NCBI RefSeq assembly: GCF_009914755.1
Contig: NC_060927.1
From: the human T2T-CHM13v2.0 reference genome, Homo sapiens
Direction: 5' to 3' (one strand)
DNA length: 64,000 nucleotides
Below, piece by piece: positions 52,901 to 64,000 of this stretch; positions within the stretch are counted from its first letter, which is position 1; every line of letters begins with the position of its first letter. Below the pieces are notes generated by a model that searched no databases, was not told the origin of the DNA, and was given only the letters and a program-made list of their open reading frames with translations. Made by a program: the position numbers and the translations under genes.

Positions 52901-55900
52901 TCTATGAAAAGAAGTGTTAAACACTGTGAGTTCAATGCACACATCCCAAAGCAGTTTCTGAGAATCATTCCGTCTATTTTTTCTACGAAGATATTTCCTT
53001 TTCTGCCGTTGGCCTCAAAGCGCTTGAAATCTCCACTTGCAAATTCCACAAAAAGAGAGTTTCAAATCTGCTCTGTCTAAAGGAAGGTTCAACCCTGTGA
53101 GTTGAATACACACCACAAAAAGAAGTTACTGAGAATTCTTCTGTCTAGCATTATATGAAAAATCCCGTTTCCAACGAAGGCCACAAAGAGGTCCAAATAT
53201 CCACTTGCAGATTCTGCAAAAAGAGTGTTTCCAAACTGCTCTATGAAAAGAAACGTTAAACTCTGTGAGTTGAACGCAAACATCACAAAGTAGTTTCTGA
53301 GAATGACTCCGTCTAGTTTTTATACGAAGATATTTCCTTTCCTACCATTCACTTCAAAGCGCTTGAAGTCTCCCCCTGAAAATTCCACAAAAAGTGTTTC
53401 CAATCTGCTCCGCCTAAAGGAAGCTTCAACTCTGTGACTTGAATACCCACAACCCAAAGAAGTTACTGAGAATTCTTCTGTCTAGCATTATATGAAGAAA
53501 TCCCGTTTCCAACGAAGGCCTCAAATACATCCAAATATCCAGTTGCTGACTTTACAAACTGAGTGTTTCCAAACTGCTCTATGAAAAGAAAGGTTAAACA
53601 CTGTGAGTTGAACACACACGTACCAAAGTAGTTTCTGAGAATGATTCTGTCTAGTTTGCATACGAAGATATTTCCTTTTCTACCATTGGCCTCAAAGCTC
53701 TGAAATCTGCACTTGCAAATTCCACAAAAAGAGAGTTTCAAATCTGCTGTTTCTAAAGGAAAGTTCAACTCTGAGAGTTGAATACACACCAGAAAAAGCA
53801 GTTACTGAGAAGTCTTCTGTCTAGCATTATATGAAGAAATCCCATTTCCAACGAAGACTTCAAAGAGGTCCAAATATCCACTTGCAGATTCTGCAAAAAG
53901 AGTGTTTCGAAACAACTGTATGAAAAGAAAGGTTAAACACTGTGAGTTGAACGCACACATTGCAAAGCAGTTTCTGAGAATGATTCCGTCTAATTATTAT
54001 ACGAAGGTATTTCCTTTTCTATCATTGGCCTCAAAGCGCTTGATACCTCCACCTGAAAATTCCACAAAAAGAGTGTTTCCAATCTACTCTGTCTAAAGGA
54101 ACGTTCAACTCTGTGAGTTGAATACACACACACAGAAAGAATTCACTGAGAATTCTTCTGTCTGGCATTACATGAAGAAATCCCGTTTCCAACGAAGGCC
54201 TCAAAGAGGTCCAAATATCCACTTGCAGATTCTGCAAAAAGAGTGTTTCAAAACCGCTCCATTAAAAGGAATGTTGAACTCTGTGAGTTGAATGCAAACA
54301 TCACAACTCAGTTGCTGAGAATGCTTCTGACTAGATTTTATGGTAAGATATTTCCTTTTCTACCGTAGGCTTCAATGCCCTCTAAATACACCCTTGCAAA
54401 TTCTACAAAGAGACTGTTTCATAACTGCTCTATAGGAAGAAAGGTTCAACTCTGTGAGTTGAATGCAGAGATCACAACGTGGTTTCTGCGAATGATTCTT
54501 TGTAGTTTTTACATGAAGGTATTTCGTTGTCAACCGTAGGCTTCAAAGCACTCAAAGTATTCACTTGGAACTTTTACAAAAAGAGTGTTAGAAAACTGCT
54601 CTTTCCAAAGTAAGGTTCAACTCTGTGAGTTCAATGCACACATAACAATCAAGAAGTTTCTGAGAATTCTTCTGTCCTGGTTTATATGAAGAAATCCCGT
54701 TTCCAACGAAGGCCTCAAAGACGTTTAAATATCCACTTGCAGACTTCACAAACAGAGTGTTTCCAAACTGCTCTATGAAAAGAAAGGTTAAACTCTGTGA
54801 GTTGAACGCACACATCACAAAGGAGTTTCTGAGAATGATACTGTCTAGTTTTTATACGAAGATATTTCCTGTCTACCATTGGCGTCAAAGCGCTAGAATT
54901 CTCCACTTGCAAATTCCACAAAAAGAGTGTTTCCAATCTGCTCTGTCTAAAGGAAGGTTCAACTCTGTGAGTTGAATACACACACACAAAGAAGCTACTG
55001 AGAATTCTTTTGTCAAGAATTATAAGAAGAAATCCCGTTTCCAACGAAGGCCTCAAAGAGTTCCAAATATCCACTTGCACACTGCACAAACTAAGTCTTT
55101 CCAAACTGCTCTATGCAAAGAAATGTTCAACTCTGTGAGTTTAATACACACATCACAAAGCAGTTTCTGAGAATGATACTGTCTAGTTTTTATACGAAGA
55201 TATTTCCTTTTGTACCATTGGCCTCATACTGCTAGAATTTTCCACTTGCAAATTCCACAAAAAGAGTGTTTCCAATCCGCTCTGTCTAAAGGAAGGTTCA
55301 ACTCTCTGATTTGAATACATACATCCCAAAAGAAGTTACTGAGAATTCTTCTGTCTAGCATTATGTGAAGAAATCCCGTTTCCAACGAAAGCCTCAAAGA
55401 GGTCCAAATATCCAGTTGCAGAATTTACAAACTGACTGTTTCCAAACTCATCTATGAAAAGAAAGGTTAAACTCTGTGAGTTGAATGCACATATCACAAA
55501 GTAGTTCCTGACAATGATTCTGTCTAGTTTTTATACGAAGATATTTCCTTTTCCACCAATGGCCTCAAAGTGCTTGAAATCTCCCCTTGCAAATTCCACA
55601 GACAAGTGTTTCAAATCTGCACTGTCTAAAGGAAGGTTCAACCCTGTGAGTTGAATACACACACACAGAAAAAAATTCACTGAGAATTCTATTGTCTATC
55701 ATTACACGAAGAAATCCCGTTTACTACGACGGCCTCAAAGAGGTCCAAATATCCAGCTGCAGACATTACAAACTGAGTGTTTCCAAAGTGCTCTATGAAA
55801 AGAAGTGTTAAACACTGTGAGTTCAATGCACACATCCCAAAGCAGTTTCTGAGAATGATTCCGTCTATTTTTTCTACGAAGATATTTCCTTTTCTGCCGT

Positions 55901-58900
55901 TGGCCTCAAAGCGCTTGAAATCTCCACTTGCAAATTCCACAAAAAGAGAGTTTCAAATCTGCTCTGTCTAAAGGAAGGTTCAACTCTGTGAGTTGAATAC
56001 ACACCACAAAAAGAAGTTACTGAGAATTCTTCTGTCTAGCATTATATGAAAAATCCCGTTTCCAACGAAGGCCACAAAGAGGTCCAAATATCCACTTGCA
56101 GATTCTGCAAAAAGAGTGTTTCCAAACTGCTCTATGAAAAGAGACGTTAAACTCTGTGAGTTGAACGCAAACATCACAAAGTAGTTTCTGAGAATGACTC
56201 CGTCTAGTTTTTATACGAAGATATATCCTTTCCTACCATTCACTTCAAAGCGCTTGAAGTCTCCCCCTGAAAATTCCACAAAAAGTGTTTCCAATCTGCT
56301 CCGCCTAAAGGAAGCTTCAACTCTGTGAGTTGAATACCCACAACCCAAAGAAGTTACTGAGAATTCTTCTGTCTAGCATTATATGAAGAAATCCCGTTTC
56401 CAACGAAGGCCTCAAATACATCCAAATATCCATTTGCTGACTTTACAAACTGAGTGTTTCCAAACTGCTCTATGAAAAGAAAGGTTAAACACTGTGAGTT
56501 GAACACACACGTACCAAAGTAGTTTCTGAGAATGATTCTGTCTAGTTTGCATACGAAGATATTTCCTTTTCTACCATTGGCCTCAAAGCTCTGAAATCTC
56601 CACTTGCAAATTCCACAAAAAGAGAGTTTCAAATCTGCTGTTTGTAAAGGAAAGTTCAACTCTGAGAGTTGAATACACACCAGAAAGAGCAGTTACTGAG
56701 AAGTCTTCTGTCTAGCATTATATGAAGAAATCCCATTTCCAACGAAGACTTCAAAGAGGTCCAAATATCCACTTGCAGATTCTGCAAAAAGAGTGTTTCG
56801 AAACAACTGTATGAAAAGAAAGGTTAAACACTGTGAGTTGAACGCACACATTGCAAAGCAGTTTCTGAGAATGATTCCGTCTAATTATTATACGAAGGTA
56901 TTTCCTTTTCTATCATTGGCCTCAAAGCGCTTGATACCTCCACCTGAAAATTCCACAAAAAGAGTGTTTCCAATCTACTCTGTCTAAAGGAACGTTCAAC
57001 TCTGTGAGTTGAATACACACACACAGAAAGAATTCACTGAGAATTCTTCTGTCTGGCATTACATGAAGAAATCCCGTTTCCAACGAAGGCCTCAAAGAGG
57101 TCCAAATATCCACTTGCAGATTCTGCAAAAAGAGTGTTTCAAAACCGCTCCATTAAAAGGAATGTTGAACTCTGTGAGTTGAATGCAAACATCACAACTC
57201 AGTTGCTGAGAATGCTTCTGACTAGATTTTATGGTAAGATATTTCCTTTTCTACCGTAGGCTTCAATGCCCTCTAAATACACCCTTGCAAATTCTACAAA
57301 GAGACTGTTTCATAACTGCTCTATAGGAAGAAAGGTTCAACTCTGTGAGTTGAATGCAGAGATCACAACGTGGTTTCTGCGAATGATTCTTTGTAGTTTT
57401 TACATGAAGATATTTCGTTGTCAACCGTAGGCTTCAAAGCACTCAAAGTATTCACTTGGAACTTTTACAAAAAGAGTGTTAGAAAACTGCTCTTTCCAAA
57501 GTAAGGTTCAACTCTGTGAGTTGAATGCACACATAACAATCAAGAAGTTTCTGAGAATTCTTCTGTCCTGGTTTATATGAAGAAATCCCGTTTCCAACGA
57601 AGGCCTCAAAGACGTTTAAATATCCACTTGCAGACTTCACAAACAGAGGGTTTCCAAACTGCTCTATGAAAAGAAAGGTTAAACTCTGTGAGTTGAACGC
57701 ACACATCACAAAGTAGCTTCTGAGAATGATACTGTCTAGTTTTTATACGAAGATATTTCCTTTCTACCATTGGCGTCAAAGCGCTAGAATTCTCCACTTG
57801 CAAATTCCACAAAAAGAGTGTTTCCAATCTGCTCTGTCTAAAGGAAGGTTCAACTCTGTGAGTTGAATACACACACACAAAGAAGCTACTGAGAATTCTT
57901 TTGTCAAGAATTATAAGAAGAAATCCCGTTTCCAACGAAGGCCTCAAAGAGTTCCAAATATCCACTTGCACACTGCACAAACTAAGTCTTTCCAAACTGC
58001 TCTATGCAAAGAAATGTTCAACTCTGTGAGTTTAATACACACATCGCAAAGCAGTTTCTGAGAATGATACTGTCTAGTTTTTATACGAAGATATTTCCTT
58101 TTGTACCATTGGCCTCATACTGCTAGAATTTTCCACTTGCAAATTCCACAAAAAGAGTGTTTCCAATCCGCTCTGTCTAAAGGAAGGTTCAACTCTCTGA
58201 TTTGAATACATACATCCCAAAAGAAGTTACTGAGAATTCTTCTGTCTAGCATTATGTGAAGAAATCCCGTTTCCAACGAAAGCCTCAAAGAGGTCCAAAT
58301 ATCCAGTTGCAGAATTTACAAACTGACTGATTCCAAACTCATCTATGAAAAGAAAGGTTAAACTCTGTGAGTTGAATGCACATATCACAAAGTAGTTCCT
58401 GAGAATGATTCTGTCTAGTTTTTATACGAAGATATTTCCTTTTCCACCAATGGCCTCAAAGTGCTTGAAATCTCCCCTTGCAAATTCCACAGACAAGTGT
58501 TTCAAATCTGCACTGTCTAAAGGAAGGTTCAACCCTGTGAGTTGAATACACACACACAGAAAAAAATTCACTGAGAATTCTATTGTCTATCATTACACGA
58601 AGAAATCCCGTTTACTACGAAGGCCTCAAAGAGGTCCAAATATCCAGCTGCAGACATTACAAACTGAGTGTTTCCAAAGTGCTCTATGAAAAGAAGTGTT
58701 AAACACTGTGAGTTCAATGCACACATCCCAAAGCAGTTTCTGAGAATGATTCCGTCTATTTTTTCTACGAAGATATTTCCTTTTCTGCCGTTGGCCTCAA
58801 AGCGCTTGAAATCTCCACTTGCAAATTCCACAAAAAGAGAGTTTCAAATCTGCTCTGTCTAAAGGAAGGTTCAACTCTGTGAGTTGAATACACACCACAA

Positions 58901-61900
58901 AAAGAAGTTACTGAGAATTCTTCTGTCTAGCATTATATGAAAAATCCCGTTTCCAACGAAGGCCACAAAGAGGTCCAAATATCCACTTGCAGATTCTGCA
59001 AAAAGAGTGTTTCCAAACTGCTCTATGAAAAGAAACGTTAAACTCTGTGAGTTGAACGCAAACATCACAAAGTAGTTTCTGAGAATGACTCCGTCTAGTT
59101 TTTATACGAAGATATTTCCTTTCCTACCATTCACTTCAAAGCGCTTGAAGTCTCCCCCTGAAAATTCCACAAAAAGTGTTTCCAATCTGCTCCGCCTAAA
59201 GGAAGCTTCAACTCTGTGACTTGAATACCCACAACCCAAAGAAGTTACTGAGAATTCTTTTGTCTAGCATTATATGAAGAAATCCCGTTTCCAACGAAGG
59301 CCTCAAATACATCCAAATATCCAGTTGCTGACTTTACAAACTGAGTGTTTCCAAACTGCTCTATGAAAAGAAAGGTTAAACACTGTGAGTTGAACACACA
59401 CGTACCAAAGTAGTTTCTGAGAATGATTCTGTCTAGTTTGCATACGAAGATATTTCCTTTTCTACCATTGGCCTCAAAGCTCTGAAATCTCCACTTGCAA
59501 ATTCCACAAAAAGAGAGTTTCAAATCTGCTGTTTCTAAAGGAAAGTTCAACTCTGAGAGTTGAATACACACCAGAAAAAGCAGTTACTGAGAAGTCTTCT
59601 GTCTAGCATTATATGAAGAAATCCCATTTCCAACGAAGACTTCAAAGAGGTCCAAATATCCACTTGCAGATTCTGCAAAAAGAGTGTTTCGAAACAACTG
59701 TATGAAAAGAAAGGTTAAACACTGTGAGTTGAACGCACACATTGCAAAGCAGTTTCTGAGAATGATTCCGTCTAATTATTATACGAAGGTATTTCCTTTT
59801 CTATCATTGGCCTCAAAGCGCTTGATACCTCCACCTGAAAATTCCACAAAAAGAGTGTTTCCAATCTACTCTGTCTAAAGGAACGTTCAACTCTGTGAGT
59901 TGAATACACACACACAGAAAGAATTCACTGAGAATTCTTCTGTCTGGCATTACATGAAGAAATCCCGTTTCCAACGAAGGCCTCAAAGAGGTCCAAATAT
60001 CCACTTGCAGATTCTGCAAAAAGAGTGTTTCAAAACCGCTCCATTAAAAGGAATGTTGAACTCTGTGAGTTGAATGCAAACATCACAACTCAGTTGCTGA
60101 GAATGCTTCTGACTAGATTTTATGGTAAGATATTTCCTTTTCTACCGTAGGCTTCAATGCCCTCTAAATACACCCTTGCAAATTCTACAAAGAGACTGTT
60201 TCATAACTGCTCTCTAGGAAGAAAGGTTCAACTCTGTGAGTTGAATGCAGAGATCACAACGTGGTTTCTGCGAATGATTCTTTGTAGTTTTTACATGAAG
60301 ATATTTCGTTGTCAACCGTAGGCTTCAAAGCACTCAAAGTATTCACTTGGAACTTTTACAAAAAGAGTGTTAGAAAACTGCTCTTTCCAAAGTAAGGTTC
60401 AACTCTGTGAGTTGAATGCACACATAACAATCAAGAAGTTTCTGAGAATTCTTCTGTCCTGGTTTATATGAAAAAATCCCGTTTCGAACGAAGGCCTCAA
60501 AGACGTTTAAATATCCACATGCAGACTTCACAAACAGAGGGTTTCCAAACTGCTCTATGAAAAGAAAGGTTAAACTCTGTGAGTTGAACGCACACATCAC
60601 AAAGTAGCTTCTGAGAATGATACTGTCTAGTTTTTATACGAAGATATTTCCTTTCTACCATTGGCGTCAAAGCGCTAGAATTCTCCACTTGCAAATTCCA
60701 CAAAAAGAGTGTTTCCAATCTGCTCTGTCTAAAGGAAGGTTCAACTCTGTGAGTTGAATACACACACACAAAGAAGCTACTGAGAATTCTGTTGTCAAGA
60801 ATTATAAGAAGAAATCCCGTTTCCAACGAAGGCCTCAAAGAGTTCCAAATATCCACTTGCACACTGCACAAACTAAGTCTTTCCAAACTGCTCTATGCAA
60901 AGAAATGTTCAACTCTGTGAGTTTAATACGCACATCACAAAGCAGTTTCTGAGAATGATACTGTCTAGTTTTTATACGAAGATATTTCCTTTTGTACCAT
61001 TGGCCTCATACTGCTAGAATTTTCCACTTGCAAATTCCACAAAAAGAGTGTTTCCAATCCGCTCTGTCTAAAGGAAGGTTCAACTCTCTGATTTGAATAC
61101 ATACATCCCAAAAGAAGTTACTGAGAATTCTTCTGTCTAGCATTATGTGAAGAAATCCCGTTTCCAACGAAAGCCTCAAAGAGGTCCAAATATCCAGTTG
61201 CAGAATTTACAAACTGACTGTTTCCAAACTCATCTATGAAAAGAAAGGTTGAACTCTGTGAGTTGAATGCACATATCACAAAGTAGTTCCTGAGAATGAT
61301 TCTGTCTAGTTTTCATACGAAGATATTTCCTTTTCCACCAATGGCCTCAAAGTGCTTGAAATCTCCCCTTGCAAATTCCACAGACAAGTGTTTCAAATCT
61401 GCACTGTCTAAAGGAAGGTTCAACCCTGTGAGTTGAATACACACACACAGAAAAAAATTCACTGAGAATTCTATTGTCTATCATTACACGAAGAAATCCC
61501 GTTTACTACGAAGGCCTCAAAGAGGTCCAAATATCCAGCTGCAGACATTACAAACTGAGTGTTTCCAAAGTGCTCTATGAAAAGAAGTGTTAAACACTGT
61601 GAGTTCAATGCACACATCCCAAAGCAGTTTCTGAGAATGATTCCGTCTATTTTTTCTACGAAGATATTTCCTTTTCTGCCGTTGGCCTCAAAGCGCTTGA
61701 AATCTCCACTTGCAAATTCCACAAAAAGAGAGTTTCAAATCTGCTCTGTCTAAAGGAAGGTTCAACTCTGTGAGTTGAATACACACCACAAAAAGAAGTT
61801 ACTGAGAAGTCTTCTGTCTAGCATTATATGAAAAATCCCGTTTCCAACGAAGGCCACAAAGAGGTCCAAATATCCACTTGCAGATTCTGCAAAAAGAGTG

Positions 61901-64000
61901 TTTCCAAACTGCTCTATGAAAAGAAACGTTAAACTCTGTGAGTTGAACGCAAACATCACAAAGTAGTTTCTGAGAATGACTCCGTCTAGTTTTTATACGA
62001 AGATATTTCCTTTCCTACCATTCACTTCAAAGCGCTTGAAGTCTCCCCCTGAAAATTCCACAAAAAGTGTTTCCAATCTGCTCCGCCTAAAGGAAGCTTA
62101 AACTCTGTGACTTGAATACCCACAACCCAAAGAAGTTACTGAGAATTCTTCTGTCTAGCATTATATGAAGAAATCCCGTTTCCAACGAAGGCCTCAAATA
62201 CATCCAAATATCCAGTTGCTGACTTTACAAACTGAGTGTTTCCAAACTGCTCTATGAAAAGAAAGGTTAAACACTGTGAGTTGAACACACACGTACCAAA
62301 GTAGTTTCTGAGAATGATTCTGTCTAGTTTGCATACGAAGATATTTCCTTTTCTACCATTGGCCTCAAAGCTCTGAAATCTCCACTTGCAAATTCCACAA
62401 AAAGAGAGTTTCAAATCTGCTGTTTCTAAAGGAAAGTTCAACTCTGAGAGTTGAATACACACCAGAAAAAGCAGTTACTGAGAAGTCTTCTGTCTAGCAT
62501 TATATGAAGAAATCCCATTTCCAACGAAGACTTCAAAGAGGTCCAAATATCCACTTGCAGATTCTGCAAAAAGAGTGTTTCGAAACAACTGTATGAAAAG
62601 AAAGGTTAAACACTGTGAGTTGAACGCACACATTGCAAAGCAGTTTCTGAGAATGATTCCGTCTAATTATTATACGAAGGTATTTCCTTTTCTATCATTG
62701 GCCTCAAAGCGCTTGATACCTCCACCTGAAAATTCCACAAAAAGAGTGTTTCCAATCTACTCTGTCTAAAGGAACGTTCAACTCTGTGAGTTGAATACAC
62801 ACACACAGAAAGAATTCACTGAGAATTCTTCTGTCTGGCATTACATGAAGAAATCCCGTTTCCAACGAAGGCCTCAAAGAGGTCCAAATATCCACTTGCA
62901 GATTCTGCAAAAAGAGTGTTTCAAAACCGCTCCATTAAAAGGAATGTTGAACTCTGTGAGTTGAATGCAAACATCACAACTCAGTTGCTGAGAATGCTTC
63001 TGACTAGATTTTATGGTAAGATATTTCCTTTTCTACCGTAGGCTTCAATGCCCTCTAAATACACCCTTGCAAATTCTACAAAGAGACTGTTTCATAACTG
63101 CTCTCTAGGAAGAAAGGTTCAACTCTGTGAGTTGAATGCAGAGATCACAACGTGGTTTCTGCGAATGATTCTTTGTAGTTTTTACATGAAGATATTTCGT
63201 TGTCAACCGTAGGCTTCAAAGCACTCAAAGTATTCACTTGGAACTTTTACAAAAAGAGTGTTAGAAAACTGCTCTTTCCAAAGTAAGGTTCAACTCTGTG
63301 AGTTGAATGCACACATAACAATCAAGAAGTTTCTGAGAATTCTTCTGTCCTGGTTTATATGAAAAAATCCCGTTTCGAACGAAGGCCTCAAAGACGTTTA
63401 AATATCCACATGCAGACTTCACAAACAGAGGGTTTCCAAACTGCTCTATGAAAAGAAAGGTTAAACTCTGTGAGTTGAACGCACACATCACAAAGTAGCT
63501 TCTGAGAATGATACTGTCTAGTTTTTATACGAAGATATTTCCTTTCTACCATTGGCGTCAAAGCGCTAGAATTCTCCACTTGCAAATTCCACAAAAAGAG
63601 TGTTTCCAATCTGCTCTGTCTAAAGGAAGGTTCAACTCTGTGAGTTGAATACACACACACAAAGAAGCTACTGAGAATTCTGTTGTCAAGAATTATAAGA
63701 AGAAATCCCGTTTCCAACGAAGGCCTCAAAGAGTTCCAAATATCCACTTGCACACTGCACAAACTAAGTCTTTCCAAACTGCTCTATGCAAAGAAATGTT
63801 CAACTCTGTGAGTTTAATACGCACATCACAAAGCAGTTTCTGAGAATGATACTGTCTAGTTTTTATACGAAGATATTTCCTTTTGTACCATTGGCCTCAT
63901 ACTGCTAGAATTTTCCACTTGCAAATTCCACAAAAAGAGTGTTTCCAATCCGCTCTGTCTAAAGGAAGGTTCAACTCTCTGATTTGAATACATACATCCC
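49909..64000 (-). repeat. Canonical 17-mer HORs (2889, 2891, 2891, 2891 bp and a partial unit)
   Basis: Markers 49909, 52798, 55689, 58580, 61471. A 2-bp deletion lies near 51393 (AACTCTGAGTTG). Confidence 0.95.

Larger units (their letters stand above)
1..64000 (-). repeat. Alpha-satellite higher-order repeat array (17-mer, 2891 bp), most likely human chr3 centromere D3Z1
   Basis: Continuous ~171-bp monomers with alphoid motifs (GGTTCAACTCTGTGAGTTGAA, TTTCTGAGAATG, CENP-B box TCCCGTTTCCAACGAAG on +). The marker ORF recurs at 597, 3488, 6379 (period 2891 = 17 monomers). HindIII AAGCTT at 1220-1225 recurs in most full units. A 2.9-kb 17-mer HindIII HOR is the known D3Z1 structure (recalled, not searched). 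Alphoid identity is near certain; the chromosome assignment is less so. Confidence 0.93.

Noticed and set aside
597-63777. Many recurring 64-129 aa ORFs on both strands
   Set aside because: They are translations of alphoid monomers that recur at HOR period, overlap in several frames, often lack ATG starts, and gain or lose frames with random SNPs. I recognise no protein domain.
1-64000. CRISPR-like pattern of a conserved, partly palindromic motif (TTCAACTCTGTGAGTTGAA) at regular spacing
   Set aside because: The intervening sequences are homologous ~150-bp monomer bodies, not unique spacers, and there are no cas genes. This is eukaryotic satellite DNA.
1-64000. Possible L1/Alu insertion, inversion or foreign sequence
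   Set aside because: Every marker-to-marker interval is explained by 2891, +339, -1016 and 1-4 bp indels, leaving no room for an insert. The CENP-B boxes I read all lie on the same strand.

Overview
The whole 64-kb window is primate centromeric alpha-satellite DNA: about 171-bp monomers in one orientation, with CENP-B boxes reading on the minus strand, organised as a 2891-bp 17-monomer higher-order repeat (HOR). Unit length, one HindIII site in most full units and the dimeric CENP-B box pattern best match the human chromosome 3 active array D3Z1 (S01/1C3H1L). That assignment comes from recall, not a search. I see no credible genes, RNA genes, transposons, inversions or CRISPR arrays, and every listed ORF is a by-product of the repeat. 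The informative content is structural. Canonical 17-mers (about 0.6-20.8 kb and 49.9-64 kb) flank a ~29-kb zone of variant HORs (19-, 11- and 13-mers) built from two modules: a 339-bp dimer duplication (7 copies) and a 1016-bp six-monomer deletion (5 copies). There is also a length-neutral out-of-register gene conversion, an ~11.6-kb SNP-defined block duplication, a probable revertant or chimeric 17-mer, and breakpoints that cluster at one dyad-symmetric block of the monomer. I found no new gene-encoded system. The findings concern satellite turnover. Unit boundaries use an arbitrary phase set by the recurring 83-aa ORF marker.
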